A DNA stretch of 64,000 bases from Zancudomyces culisetae HAW-14-8 (Eukaryota; Fungi; Kickxellomycota), in NCBI GenBank assembly GCA_052426225.1, contig JBNJNM010000016.1, positions 14,117-78,116 on the forward strand. The letters run 5' to 3'. Both the position numbers and the translations under genes were made by a program. Below are positions 1 through 13,391 of this stretch, one piece after another (position 1 is the first letter of the stretch; each line of letters begins with the position of its first letter). The notes beneath the pieces are model-generated. The model saw only the letters and a program-made list of their open reading frames with translations, was not told where the DNA came from and searched no databases.

Positions 1-2
1 AT

Positions 3-917
3 ATGGTTGTAAACGCATGGTATGCGCACAACGGCGAGCGGCTCGGAACATTCGATGGACACAAGGGATCAGTTTGGTCTATTGCTGTAGATTCAAGCTC
101 CACATTGTTGGCCACCGGATCTGCAGATAACACTGCAAAGATTTGGCGAATTCGAGACGGCAAATGCTTAGAAACACTAGAATTCAATGCTGCAGTCAGA
201 AAGGTGGAATTCAGCACCGATGACAAATATTTGAGCGTGATGTTGGATAACCATATGGGACAAAAGAGTGAAATTTTTGTGTACAGAGTAGTAAGAAGCG
301 GAAGTGGAAGCAGTGAAGTCTATAGGATGGTTAGACCAAATGTTGCTGAACATGGTAGAGCAACAGTCCAGGCCTGGGCCTACTACAATAAATATATAAT
401 TGTAGGACACGTTGATGGAACAGTCTGCCAATACGAATTCTCTCCATCTGATCAACAGCAATCCGGCTCACTAAAGCTTTTAAAGAGCAAGAAGATTCAT
501 AACGATGAAATCACCGACCTGCAATTCTCTGCCGATCGGTCTTACTTTATCACATCTTCAAAGGACAAAACTGCAAATCTTGTTGATGTAGAAACCCTGG
601 ATATTCTGAAAATCTACAAAAGTGATACATCACTAAACACTGCTGCTCTGGTTGCCAAGAAGGATTACATTGTAGTTGGTGGTGGTCAAGCTGCTAGTGA
701 AGTAACTACCACTGGTGCTCGCCAAGGCAAATTCGAGGCCCGATTCTTCCATATGATCTTTGAGCATGAAATTGGTCGTGTCAAGGGTCACTTCGGTCCC
801 ATTAACACACTTTCTGTTGAACCAAATGGTCTCGGCTACTCAAGTGGCGGAGAGGATGGTTTTGTTAGAATTCACTACTTTGATGATGATTACTTTGGCT
901 ATAAATATGATTACTAA
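3..917 (+). CDS. TIF34: Translation initiation factor eIF3 subunit I (WD40), 5'-partial
   Basis: WD40 repeats; diagnostic motifs NGERLGTFDGHKG, GGGQAASEVTTT, GHFGPINT, SGGEDGFVRIH; N-terminus probably lies before the window. Confidence 0.95.
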   Translation: MVVNAWYAHNGERLGTFDGHKGSVWSIAVDSSSTLLATGSADNTAKIWRIRDGKCLETLEFNAAVRKVEFSTDDKYLSVMLDNHMGQKSEIFVYRVVRSGSGSSEVYRMVRPNVAEHGRATVQAWAYYNKYIIVGHVDGTVCQYEFSPSDQQQSGSLKLLKSKKIHNDEITDLQFSADRSYFITSSKDKTANLVDVETLDILKIYKSDTSLNTAALVAKKDYIVVGGGQAASEVTTTGARQGKFEARFFHMIFEHEIGRVKGHFGPINTLSVEPNGLGYSSGGEDGFVRIHYFDDDYFGYKYDY

Positions 918-1523
918 AATGTTTTATTGTTCTAGTCTCTCTTTTTTTATTATAATCTTATACTTTGTATCCTCCATTCATATTTTTTTTTACCAGACAT
1001 AAATTAGGTACAAACTTGTTTCAATGTCTCAACATACTAATTACCAAGGCCTATAAGATAGCTATGAGCAATGTTAGTGTGTAGGCAATAATTTACACAG
1101 ATAGATACGTTTATGACCATTCCATTGAGGTTCGGTATACGCAGCATATTGACTGGCTCTTGGAGTAAAAAGAAAAAATAGAAAAGAAAAATACAAAAGA
1201 GCTTCAACAGACTCATCCTGTTAGCTTTGAGGTTTACATCGTCTGTATACTTGAGTTAAGAGTGTATTGTTGAATATAACGAATCCCATTTGTTTAAACG
1301 TCGGGTTCAAGTTTATTAGGGTAAAATAATACCCTTTTGTTGGGAAACAATCCCTGTACCAAAATTAAAATTATCAAAGCTATGTAATAACATCGTCACA
1401 TTACCCTCAAATCAAACCAACTAAAGAAACTTTAAAATTCAAACTAGTCTCTTTCAGCCGTTATTTTTACATTTGAAGCGTTAAAAAAAAATGATAGACT
1501 GCAGCGCTGGTGAACGTATTCAT

Positions 1524-2021
1524 CTAGTTCTGTATTGGAGTGTTAGGCACAAATGGTCCCGCAACAAATGAACCAAGAAACTTTTCAAAAAATCCTGTAC
1601 TGCGAGTTTTACTGTCTGAACTAGCATCTTCCGAATTTGGCACAGAACTTAACGTCGATTCTGGTTGTGGCGCTGTTTCTGATGGTAGCGCCGGTGGAGT
1701 TGATACTGGAGCCCCCTCGGAACTTGTAGCGCTGGGTATGTCTTGGTTGTTGTTTGGATCTTGTGTTGGTTGATCTCCCAAGCTGTCTTGAACACTCGAG
1801 TATGGTGGAGTTTCTGAGCTAATTGAGAATCGGAGTCTTTCTTTTACAGTTGTTTGTACATTCTCTGCGCTGTTTGGAATTATCATGTTAAAATCATCGT
1901 CATCTCTTTTTACTGGATTGTATCGTACACTCTCATCTTGCCCTATTATATTATTTCTTGCAAATTCCTCTGCAAATACTGATACTAATACGAATATCAC
2001 TATTAAAAGTATTTTGTACAT
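1524..2021 (-). CDS. Small secreted Ser/Pro-rich protein of unknown function
   Basis: Signal peptide MYKILLIVIFVLVSVFA, dibasic KR site, low-complexity S/P/T/Q body. Confidence 0.65.
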   Translation of the reverse strand: MYKILLIVIFVLVSVFAEEFARNNIIGQDESVRYNPVKRDDDDFNMIIPNSAENVQTTVKERLRFSISSETPPYSSVQDSLGDQPTQDPNNNQDIPSATSSEGAPVSTPPALPSETAPQPESTLSSVPNSEDASSDSKTRSTGFFEKFLGSFVAGPFVPNTPIQN

Positions 2022-4175
2022 TTATACTAATAGCTTTGAGTGTTGATGTATATATTGTGGTTGTTAGCTGTGTTAAATTTGCTATTGTTCCAAAGCTATG
2101 ACTTGATAGTTAATGTGAGATTTAATGTATTATGACAAATATGATGTATGTAAATAAATGTTGTTATTAATATAAAACTATAAAATGGAAATGCTAGTAT
2201 GTCATAATGGAATTTGAATGTATTATTGCAACCTTATATACAAAAATCTTGTATAAACTAATAGTGCCATCCGTTTTTAATTTAATATCATTTCATGTAC
2301 ACAAATACATTTTTGAGCACTAAACGCCTCATTACGTATCGTTGATTAGAGTATTTTCATTGAGAGGGAAAGGGGCAATATATTAAGCGTAGACTAATCC
2401 ATAGTATAACGAGCTTGAATTGTGGATCACTCAGCAAAATGATCCAGTTTTTTGGGTTTTGATATAAGTATAAATCTTCAGCATTTTGCATACAAAATAG
2501 AATTCGGTGATTGGGGATGAGCTACCTAGCTAGCTATTTCGCTGTGTAAGCGGCTAAAACTATGCATTTTTTTGTTTCTGCAAACTTTTCACAACTAAAA
2601 CTGCTTAATGTGAATATTTTCAAACAGAATGCAGCTTTCTGGCATAGGCATACTACCAGATAATTATATATACGCATACACATACTCGTATACACGCAAA
2701 ATGCACTTCGACTTTTGAGTAGAGCAGACAAATGACACTAACCCCTTCCCTATAAAAAAAAATGCTGTTTTTTCAATGTAAAAACTAGACGTAGAGATTA
2801 ATATCACCATGATCTTACATTGGAATGCACCAAGTGATAAACTTAATAGATAAGCCCCTTTTTTTCGTAAAAAGTAAGGTTTTTTTACTGCACAAAAAAT
2901 AAAATATTGTTTTACTCATGTCGAAACGATGTACGCATACGCCATGCACCCCTTCTCCATTTTGACCCGAAAAAATATTGGTAACGCAAAACAAAGCAAA
3001 AATCAAATGATTCCAGAATTGTGCCAAGCACATGTGATGATATTATGATAGTATTATCTTTGTGTGTCAGTGTATGTCAAAGATGACATTACATGACTCT
3101 CATAAATAAATGTTTGCTTTTTCCAAATAAATCACAGCAATGATCCTATATATTTATTGAAATGAACTATTCTTTTTGTAGTAATTAGTTTGAGATAGAA
3201 CCATCAGAGTAAAACAACTTTACACTTTCTCACCACGACTACCGCTACCACTCCCAAAAAGAGTAAGGGCGGAGCAATAATGGGATGTGGTTAGAATCGC
3301 CTATTCACATCGCTAACTACGAAGCAAATCTGACTTGGACTGTTTATCTTTAAATAAACACCTTGAACGAGAAAGATAATGTATTATAGTTTATAGTACG
3401 CACTAATATATAGACATGAGAACGGATATTTCTGGTTAGCTGATACATCCAGAATACTACCGTAACCACAGCTGGGAAGTTGTAGCGTCAATGGTTAGTA
3501 CCGTTTAAAACCAATGAATATGTATATTTTCCATGTCGTTTATTGACAAAACCGGTTTATGAATATATTGAACCTACTACCATTTACATTTGGGTTTTGT
3601 ACCCCCTAGTAAAGGTCATAGAACTGAAAAATTCACACCAAAGCGCATATAGTTCTGGTAAAAGTAATATGGAGGACTACTAACTGTCATTTGTAAAAAC
3701 ATGTGAAGAAAATCTAGCTGCTCATAGTAGAATATTGGTGGATGAAAGTGGCGGGTGTACAATTCACGAATGGTTTATTTTTACACTTGTTTGTTGCGCG
3801 TGCATAAAATCAGGGAATCCCGTAAAGTGGTGCCAATTGGTCAAGCATTTGTGAGTAAATATTACAGCACGAATATTTTCTAGAACCTTGTGAAATGTAG
3901 TTTTATTGGGAGCTAGTATATTTTCTGCAATGGAGATATAAAACCTTAAACATATAAACGCCAATAAGGTCAAAAAAGTATTGAATTCGAATCGGAATGT
4001 TTATCGGCTAACCCATTCAATAAAAGAAAATGAGCACAAAATTACAAATCAAGCATATCAAGGTATTGACGGTGTATTAGCATAATAACATAACAATAAA
4101 GCATTATTTACAAAAAAAAAAGAGGTGTCAACACAATTAAATCAGCAGATTATAATAAATAAGGGCAAATTGAAA

Positions 4176-4634
4176 ATGAGCAGCAGTAATAACGACAAAA
4201 AAAAACGGGCTGAAGAGCCTAACACACAAAAAAAAGTATACAAGGAAGATTCTGCACTATTATCCAATAATATAACACCAGATTCAGTAGCAACCATGAA
4301 TGGAGGGACACCGAAAACCACCGAAATGGATAAGATGACTAGCGAGATACTTGGTAATGAGGGCACAAATAAGATCAACACAACAGGATATAATGGAGCT
4401 TTTATAGACGAAGAGCAAGATCCAATGGAAGGGATGCATATAGTGTATGTGAGAACTGATGGTAGCGGAACATGTGTTGATGGGCGAGAGCATGAGTGGA
4501 GGGAATCGGGGTTAATAGGAGGCTTTTGCTGTGGAGCATCAATCTGCTTTAGAAATCTCGGAAGAATATGCTATACTTCACACAAATGTGTAAAGTGTGG
4601 TATCAAGATTCAAAGAAGTAGCTTAGTAGCTTAA
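4176..4634 (+). CDS. BRI3/DUF2367-like small Cys-rich protein
   Basis: First ATG at 4176; disordered N-terminus, then C-x5-H...G..CC...C-x2-CG C-terminal pattern resembling brain protein I3-like proteins. Confidence 0.5.
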   Translation: MSSSNNDKKKRAEEPNTQKKVYKEDSALLSNNITPDSVATMNGGTPKTTEMDKMTSEILGNEGTNKINTTGYNGAFIDEEQDPMEGMHIVYVRTDGSGTCVDGREHEWRESGLIGGFCCGASICFRNLGRICYTSHKCVKCGIKIQRSSLVA

Positions 4635-4741
4635 AAGAAAAATGATATTGTTAAAAAACGTAGAAAGGAGAAAAAAATACATACAAAGCTCAATAGACAA
4701 AAGACATGTACAAATATTTCAATTAAAATAAATAAAAAATG

Positions 4742-6709
4742 CTAAGATAAAAGATACGAGTATAGAGTAACAGGAATATCTAACGATAAATAGTTGAGAT
4801 AACAGAATAACAGGCTTGGTAGCGAGTAAATATACCTCAACAAAGGACTTGAAGCGTTGTAGTGAGATTGGTAGAATGAAAGGATATTTGATCTGGCAGA
4901 GGTGTATAAATACGCCAAACAATAGTGGGAGAGTATTAACCATGATTGGGTACAAGCGCGAGTTTGAGACGCAGGAGGGAGGTTTACAAATAGGGAACGG
5001 TCAATCAAACGCAACAAATCGTTAGTTTTTATGAGAAGGATTAGGTCGGGGGGTACTGCAGCCATTACCCTAGAAATATCGAAGAAGAATGTTTCAGACT
5101 GAGAAAGGATAGTTGTGGCATCAAATTTAGTGGCGCTTATATTTGTGCGAGAAAGGTTTCCGGACACAACATTGTCCCAGCTCTGACCAGTAAGAATACA
5201 GGACAAAACAACATGCAGGTCAGCCTTATTTGATGAAGGGGGTATAAATCTACGAGATAAAAGATCAATTTGTTCTTTATCGCCGCGTAGTAGAGACGAC
5301 CAAAGTCTGGCATAGTCTAATCGAAAATCGGGGCTCAAGCGGCGATAAAGACCGTGATCTAGTAGCACTATTTCAAAATTTTCTCGTGGAGGAAAACCAA
5401 AGAAAGACCAGAACCAGCTCTTGGGGGGCACAGAAGGTCGGATGAGAAGATTTCCTGGATGAGGGTCACAGTGAACCAATCCATCGTTAAATGTCATTTC
5501 GCCAAAAATCCGTGCAATCTGTCGGCTAACTCTTGCAGGTTTGATATTGTGTCTATCCAGGCTTTCTATATTATCTAGACGAAATCCCTCAATAAATTCC
5601 ATTATTAAAACGCGAGGCGTAGCGCTTATCACACGAGGAATCTTAAGAGGTATATCTGTTCTATTTTTAAAGTTATTTTCAACTTGTTCAGCGTTGTTCT
5701 TTTCATTTACAAAATTCATTTCAATTGGAAGCGATTTTTTCATTTCATCAGCCAGCCACATGAATTGAAACTCAGGAAACACTTTGTAGATCAGACGCAC
5801 CAATGCCGACACAGTAATGATATCCACATGCGCATACTTACGAACATCCTGGTGCTGGACTTTGATTGCCACTTCCTCTCCTGTCTCACGTAGCCGTCCG
5901 CGATGCACTTGCGCAAGGGACGCTACACCCAGTGGTTCAACCTCAATTTCACTAAATATTTCACTAGCCGGCCTTCCCATTTCGGCCTCAATCACTTTTT
6001 TGAGGGATTCAATACTCGACTGTTCGCAGCTATCCTGCAGTGGCTTCATTGTTTCGGTCCACTCCTCTGGCAGAATGTATGACATTGCTGAAATATGCTG
6101 TCCAAATTTTATATACACACCCCCGTTTTTCAGCATTCCCTCCCTAACTTTTTCGGCACATTTCAAATGCGTTTCTTTCCGCTGATTTATTCTTCTCAAC
6201 TGCTCGTCAAGATCCTTCTCTGTAAAATTTACCAAAAGCTCGGGAAAATAAAAATAATAACGATTGATGACGTATATCCCCACATCAATGGCCACTCCTA
6301 TGCGACGCATTGACCATAAAGTGTTTTCCAACCTCCCCTTTTCACCACTTTGCTCATTCACATCTATTGCCATAGGTTCTTCCAATTCTAGATCTTTTGA
6401 AAGTTGGAATGCCGCTACACTCATCAACATTAGCACACCGGCGGCTATAGTTTTTTTGGGTTTTCTACTTTTCGTTTTCGGACGACCATTTCCTTTTGTT
6501 TTTAAACTATTAAACCTTGGTATGCTCGTATAGCCTCTAGAAATCGCGTTATTTGTGTCAAGTTTCTGATTGTGATATTTGATTGTTGTACTATACGAGG
6601 ATTTACATTTTGATCGTGTTATGGTTGTAAATGATGGCTTTGAAGTTATGAGAGAAACTGAATTTTTACCATTTTTTACAAGGGTAGATATAAAATGTGG
6701 TCTGTACAT
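4742..6709 (-). CDS. ABC1/UbiB atypical kinase, ADCK1/Mcp2-like, probably mitochondrial
   Basis: KFGQ, ASLAQVH, VAIKVQ, HCDPHPGN, LLDHG motifs; basic Ser/Thr-rich N-terminal presequence. Confidence 0.92.
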   Translation of the reverse strand: MYRPHFISTLVKNGKNSVSLITSKPSFTTITRSKCKSSYSTTIKYHNQKLDTNNAISRGYTSIPRFNSLKTKGNGRPKTKSRKPKKTIAAGVLMLMSVAAFQLSKDLELEEPMAIDVNEQSGEKGRLENTLWSMRRIGVAIDVGIYVINRYYFYFPELLVNFTEKDLDEQLRRINQRKETHLKCAEKVREGMLKNGGVYIKFGQHISAMSYILPEEWTETMKPLQDSCEQSSIESLKKVIEAEMGRPASEIFSEIEVEPLGVASLAQVHRGRLRETGEEVAIKVQHQDVRKYAHVDIITVSALVRLIYKVFPEFQFMWLADEMKKSLPIEMNFVNEKNNAEQVENNFKNRTDIPLKIPRVISATPRVLIMEFIEGFRLDNIESLDRHNIKPARVSRQIARIFGEMTFNDGLVHCDPHPGNLLIRPSVPPKSWFWSFFGFPPRENFEIVLLDHGLYRRLSPDFRLDYARLWSSLLRGDKEQIDLLSRRFIPPSSNKADLHVVLSCILTGQSWDNVVSGNLSRTNISATKFDATTILSQSETFFFDISRVMAAVPPDLILLIKTNDLLRLIDRSLFVNLPPASQTRACTQSWLILSHYCLAYLYTSARSNILSFYQSHYNASSPLLRYIYSLPSLLFCYLNYLSLDIPVTLYSYLLS

Positions 6710-7266
6710 CTCTCAAAGAATCTTTTAGACAAAGTAAGGTAATAAAATGGATTTGAAACCTTTTCTAAAATCTATAAAGGTTTATTTCGTAAAGCATTGC
6801 ATTAAAATAGTGAACATTCTCCATCAAATTAAGGTTTATCTAATAACCTTAAAGAAAAATGCACGATAACCCGGTCAAAAAAAAAATTTTTTTTCTCCAA
6901 ACTAGGGGGAGTTCCATAAAACCAGTCAAAATCTTGTTATCAGTTAAAACATGCAAAGCAAACAAGAGAAAAGCAGATACTAGTTGTACACACAAGGTCA
7001 CAATAAAAAAAAGAGATAAGCACATCAGGGCAAATCTCGCCGAGAAACTGGAACATAGGATGTCATTGATATAGCATACAAATGCGGATTTATTCCTAAT
7101 AAGAACATTATTGACCTTCATCTAAGAAAGATAATAAACACTTAAAGAAAGAGTTGTAAGACCCAAGTCAGAAAAGTAAAAGGTTCAACCAAAACAATAA
7201 ATGAAGCAAAAGATAAAGGCTGGCAGTGGAAACCGGCTAATAAAAGAAGTATCACATCGGAAAAGT

Positions 7267-8520
7267 CTATTCTCTCTCAAAAATACCACACATTCCCATT
7301 CCTGTACCCATACACATTGAAATTGCTCCTACTCTCTTGTTTTGTCGTTTAAGTTCGGTCAAAAGTGTTGATACCAATCTGGCTCCAGTACATCCCAATG
7401 GATGTCCAAATGCAATTGCTCCTCCCTTTGGATTCACTCTGTTTGGATCCAATCCAAGTTTCTCAATGCAGTACAATGCTTGTGATGCAAATGCTTCATT
7501 AAGTTCAACAACGTCCAAGTCATTGATAGTGATTCCTGCCTTCTTAACTGCTTCTGGAATTGCATATGCTGGTCCAACTCCCATAATACTTGGTGGTACA
7601 CCTACCACAGCCGAGGTGATAAACTTACCAATGATTGGAAGTCCCAATTCTGTAGCCTTCTTACGCTTCATAAGCAATACTGCAGCTGCTCCATCTGATA
7701 CTTGTGATGAGTTACCTGCTGTTGATGCACCATCTGGTTTGAAAGCTGGTTTCAATGAACCAAGGCTTTGAAGAGTGGCATCGTGGCGGATTCCATCATC
7801 CTCTGATACAATTACTTCCAATACATTACCCTTAGCATCCTTGACTTTTGTTTTTACAGGGAGGATTTCTTCTTTGAAAAGGCCGTTCTTTTGAGCATAT
7901 GAGGCCTTCTGGTGAGATCTGAGAGCAAACTGGTCTTGCTTTTGACGGGAGACACCAAATTGGGTGGCAACGTTTTCTGAAGTGATACCCATTGGAAGCA
8001 GGCAATCTCTAACAGCTGGTGTCTTCAACATCTCTTGGTCATAGTAGTTTTCAGCTCTCTTGTTATCACCAAAGCTTGCTGTCATGCTTTCAGCTCCAGC
8101 TGCAACACCAATTTCAATAGTTCCATCTCTGATAGCTGCGGCTACCTGAGCAACTGCTTGCAAACCACTTGCACATTGTCTATTGAGTGCCATAACACCG
8201 GATGCTTCTGGATATCCAGCGTGCAACATAGCCATACGTGCTTGGGCTGCACCACCACCTGGTGGAAGAACATTTCCGACAACTACATCGTCGATAAGAG
8301 CTGGGTCGATTCCGGACTTCTCAACAATGCCCTTCAAGACAACTGAGAGAAGATACTCGTGTGTAGTGTCTTTGAATCCACCGCGGCGGCCTCTGGTAAT
8401 TGGTGTTCTGAGCGCGCTAACAATTACAACGTCCTCTGGGTTTTTGACACCAATTTGCACTGATTGCGAACCTGCTCCAGCGAAATGCGATGTGATTTGG
8501 TCAAGTCTGTTTGAAGCCAT
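7267..8520 (-). CDS. POT1: Peroxisomal 3-ketoacyl-CoA thiolase
   Basis: PTS2-like RLDQITSHF; catalytic motifs NRQCASG, NEAF, GHPLG, CMGTG. Confidence 0.96.
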   Translation of the reverse strand: MASNRLDQITSHFAGAGSQSVQIGVKNPEDVVIVSALRTPITRGRRGGFKDTTHEYLLSVVLKGIVEKSGIDPALIDDVVVGNVLPPGGGAAQARMAMLHAGYPEASGVMALNRQCASGLQAVAQVAAAIRDGTIEIGVAAGAESMTASFGDNKRAENYYDQEMLKTPAVRDCLLPMGITSENVATQFGVSRQKQDQFALRSHQKASYAQKNGLFKEEILPVKTKVKDAKGNVLEVIVSEDDGIRHDATLQSLGSLKPAFKPDGASTAGNSSQVSDGAAAVLLMKRKKATELGLPIIGKFITSAVVGVPPSIMGVGPAYAIPEAVKKAGITINDLDVVELNEAFASQALYCIEKLGLDPNRVNPKGGAIAFGHPLGCTGARLVSTLLTELKRQNKRVGAISMCMGTGMGMCGIFERE

Positions 8521-10707
8521 TTTTCTCTTTTGTATGGTTTAGTATTCTCCTGCTGTTACAACAATGTAGTTTTAGTTTTATTATGTTTACTGAAAATCAA
8601 AAGTAAAATTTTTTTGTACTTTGTAGGCGTTTTATATTTTAATAAAGAATTTCGAATATTAAAGTGCCAGCAATAAACTGTCCTTAAATGATTGTTTTTT
8701 ATGCTTTTATTCTTTGCTGTTTCATGTAATTTGAACTGTGCTCATGAAAAAATCAATTTCAGCTTCGTTCATTTTATTTTTTGTGTGATGTTCACAAGCC
8801 AACATTAAAGGAAACCAATTTCACGCATCCAATGAGCAGGGCTAGTGGTACTCTGCATTTTTCATTCGCCAAAGCCATGAATAAGCAAGCTTTTTTTCTC
8901 CACTTTTTTGTGGTATGTTCTGAATTTCCTGCAATTGATTCTTTTTACTAGAACTAATGTCAAATTCCTAATTCCAGAATTTGCAAACAATGGCCAAATA
9001 AATTTTCACATGCGCATTTAATAATAATTATCTTGTAGCTTGTACTGATTCAGGATCTGTCTGTTTTATAATGGCAAATATAGTTTTGCAACACAGCTTT
9101 GGATTTGAAATAAAGTTGATAAGAATGTGAATGGTAGGGGTAATTGGTTATGTTATAGGAGCATCATTTGAAATTTAAAAAAAACAGGACCTTGCTATTA
9201 ATATTCTCTAGTAGTTAGCCCGTCTTGCTAGAGGCCCTAGATTCTTCGAAACAGTTGTAAACAAACTTGTAGCTAATGTACGCTTTCATATCAACCATAA
9301 ACTATATGAATGTGTTATTTCAATATATTTAACAATTTCTAGAGGGGAAAATAAATAACCTTGATCATGACTTGGCTAACAGGCAATTTTGATTAAGGAC
9401 CAAGTCGAAAACAGTGTAAACAGGCTCAATGGATAGGTAAATGAAGAATAACAGAATATCTTTGAATAAAGTGCGACGAATAGAAAAATGCCGTTGTTGG
9501 GCATACATAGAAGCTGGATTATCCGAACTTTCTGGGTACAGTATACGCTGCAACCTCAGTTAAATAAAATAGGACAGTGTTTATTAGTTATTTAAAACTT
9601 CAAACCTACCATATAGGTTCGTATACACATGTTGCATAAAATATATTTGATAAGTAGGCATAAAGTAGTATCAGGAAAATTTGTAATGTGCATCAAACCC
9701 GAAAATTGTTGAAATTTTATATTGAAAGTAGCTAAATGAGCATATCTAAACCTTTTTAAACACATGCATTAGCCCCCCCCCTCCTCCCCTTCAGCATTGT
9801 ACAAATATATATTTCTTGAAATAGTACTAGCATGAATACCGCTATAAATATCTCCGAAAAAGGATCATATGTATTTTGATAAATAATAATGGTCTGGAAA
9901 ACAGAAGCCCCCTATAAAGTGTTGGTATTTCGAACAACTTTAAATGTAAATTCACAAAAAGCTTGTCAATGTGACAAGTTTTAGTGTCTCGGAATTCTAG
10001 TATATTTGGATCACAAAGAATAGAAATTTGATATGAAATACTATAATATTACACAAATTAGTACAAGCAGACAGAACAGAAAAGGGGTTGTAGTACTTTA
10101 AAATATAATCACCCAAATTCGCCATAAATAATGGGGGAAGGAGCATCCGCTTAGATGTATGAGTTTCAAAAATATATAGCCTGAAATTTAATGTACTGAA
10201 CCAGAATTCTCACTTGTTATGTTGTAACTATCTAATCGTATATATTATTAAACTTGTGTACTAAATAATATTGCACAGACTATCAACTTAAAGTGGGATT
10301 CAGTTCATGTGGTTTTAAATGTACTTTTTTATAGAGTCACTTTTCTAGCGCTAATAATAAATGAAATATTTGGTTGTAAAAAAGAAAAAAACAGACATAC
10401 ACATAAACATACCAGAGTATTCGTGATGTCCATTTCGTATATTTATTGCTAAGAGATGTAAAAAAAGCCATACCATGAAATATCGTACTTCATTAATGCG
10501 GAAAATTATGCTCCTCTCAATTTATATATATTATTAGACCCGAGTATTCGATATCAAAACAAACCACAAAAAAAAAAAGTTGATGCCCCCAAACAAAGGT
10601 ACTTGAAAATATGTATAAGTCTGAACATACGAGAAGCGACCATGTTAAATACATTATTAAATATATATATATATTAATTAATAAACCTACGTTAAAAATA
10701 CCTAAAG

Positions 10708-11966
10708 CTACTCCCTTTCTAAAATACCACACATTCCCCTTCCTGTACCCATACACATTGAAATTGCTCCTACTCTCTTATTTTGTCGTTTAAGTTCGGT
10801 CAAAAGTGTTGATACCAATCTGGCTCCAGTACATCCCAATGGATGTCCAAATGCAATTGCTCCTCCCTTTGGATTCACTCTGTTTGGATCCAATCCAAGT
10901 TTCTCAATGCAGTACAATGCTTGTGATGCAAATGCTTCATTAAGTTCAACAACGTCCAAGTCATTGATAGTGATTCCTGCCTTCTTAACTGCTTCTGGAA
11001 TTGCATATGCTGGTCCAACTCCCATAATACTTGGTGGTACACCTACCACATGCCGAGGTGATAAACTTACCAATGATTGGAAGTCCCAATTCTGTAGCCT
11101 TCTTACGCTTCATAAGCAATACTGCAGCTGCTCCATCTGATACTTGTGATGAGTTACCTGCTGTTGATGCACCATCTGGTTTGAAAGCTGGTTTCAATGA
11201 ACCAAGGCTTTGAAGAGTGGCATCGTGGCGGATTCCATCATCCTCTGATACAATTACTTCCAATACATTACCCTTAGCATCCTTGACTTTTGTTTTTACA
11301 GGGAGGATTTCTTCTTTGAAAAGGCCGTTCTTTTGAGCATATGAGGCCTTTCTGGTGAGATCTGAGAGCAAACTGGTCTTGCTTTTGACTGGGAGACACC
11401 GAATTGGGTGGCAACGTTTTCTGAAGTGATACCCATTGGCAGCAGGCAATCCTCTACCAATGGATTTTCTAGCGAGCTTTCGTCACAATCTTCTCTCAAT
11501 AGCTTGATTTTCTGAAAGTAACTGGTCATGCTTTCAACGCCAGCAGCTATTCCCACCTCTGTAGTTCCATCTCTGATTGCCGAAGCAAGCTGAGCAACTG
11601 CTTGCAAACCACTTGCACAATGCCTGTTTATTGAAACGACGCTTGCTGAATCGGGAATTCCGGCATGCAACATGGCCATGCGTCCCAAAGCTACACCACC
11701 TCCTAATGTGTTTACGGTACCTATAACAAGCTCAGTAATTATCTTTGGATCAATCCCAGCCTGTTCAATAACACCGCTTATGATACAGTAGAGCACAGAC
11801 GTTCAACTTTTGTGTCTTTCAATCCACCCTTATATGCTCTTGTGATGGGTGTTCTGAGGGCAGAAACAATAACTACATCCTCAGGATTTTTAAACCCTAT
11901 TATAGTTTTTTTTGTTTTTTTGTTTGCAAAATGCTCGGACAACTGATCCAGTCTCTGTGTGGCCAT
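10708..11966 (-). pseudogene. Second peroxisomal thiolase paralog, frameshifted (pseudogene or sequencing errors)
   Basis: Four ORF fragments tile a full thiolase (PTS2-like RLDQLSEHF, NRHCASG, NEAF, GHPLG). Single-T insertions relative to copy 1 at ~11051, ~11350 and ~11390, plus a frameshift near 11790. Confidence 0.85.
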
Positions 11967-13391
11967 CTTGTCGTTTTAAACAGCAACTTGTTTTAATATG
12001 CTAATTTATACTCTTTGGTTGGGTCTTTTTGTTTTAACTAAACACGCCTTATAATTATATTTTATGTGTTGAAGAGATATGGTTTGTTTTTGTTTTTTTT
12101 TTTTGGAGTGGATGTATCGTTACTGGTACTCTGTCACCAACGGTTTTAATCTTATCTAAAAATGTATATAGTTGTATTGGTACAACTAAAAACGATATTG
12201 ATTAGTAACTATATATAAGCTTTTCAGGAGTATTTGAAATGCAAACACAAAAAATATATATAAAAGGAAAAGGCAAAAGGTAAAACTGGGATATTTTTTG
12301 AAACCAGTTGGCGTGTTCATCAACTTGGGGGTTAGTTGTTTTAAAGGGGGCATTTATCGCCACGATTTTATCACCACTATTCTGTTCATGCTGGAAAACA
12401 ATTATACAGAGTGAAACCAAATCGCACTCGTGAATAGTAAGTATTCTGCAATAATACTCTTGAAATTTTGGCCTAATGGATGGAAAAGAAGGGGGAAGGA
12501 GAGGTAAGGAGAGGAGGTAGGGTCATAAAATAAATTGTAATGTATTTTTGTTCAGTGAGCGTGCAAAAATTCCTACTTTCCAAAACAGAACGCATAACGG
12601 ATAAAAGAAAGAATAAATGAGAAAAGGTAGTGAAAAAGACAGTTGGGAGAGTTTCAAGGCACAATCACATTTACTTGGTAGATTTCACATGTGATATTAA
12701 CACTTCCGTTTCATACCTGGGGGTTTTTTGTTGTTCAAATTAAGTGATAAAAGCGCGTAAACCAAAGCCTCATTCTAGCCTACTACAAAGCCTATTGCCA
12801 AAATAAACACTCTTATAAGAATTTACTTGATACATTAGCATTTATTCGCAATATTTTATATGCCATTTTCATCCAAGTAGGTTGAAATATAAATTTTTGT
12901 TAAGCAAAGCTCTGGGGGTTCAGGTTAAAAACAGTAGATGCATGTATAAAACTGCAGATGCTTTTTTGTAGACTAGTTAGTGTTCAACAAACGACATGTA
13001 TGAGGTTGTTGTGTTTATTCTGTCCCTCCTTTCAGCAAAAGTGTGCTCTATAAGTGTTGAGTTTTCTTACTGGTGGTTTGAAGCCAAGGAATAATGTAGA
13101 CTCTGTAAAGAAGTCAGGGGTGTGTATGTAGTTAGCACCAGCTTTGTAAATCGTTCAGACAATATTGCTGCTGGTTTTACAGCGTCAAGTTATATCTCCA
13201 GTGTTCGAGCACCACCAAAAAATCGGTTTTGAAGTTGCAATCAATTTTCCAACACCATTCACTAAAATTTTTTTTCCTTCTGTTTTGTTATCCGATTTCG
13301 GAATGTTGTCAATTTGGGACTATTTTTTTCCCTAGATATATTAATTAGAAAAACACTAAAAAGTAGAAAAAGAGGCTGAAAAAAGGGCAAA

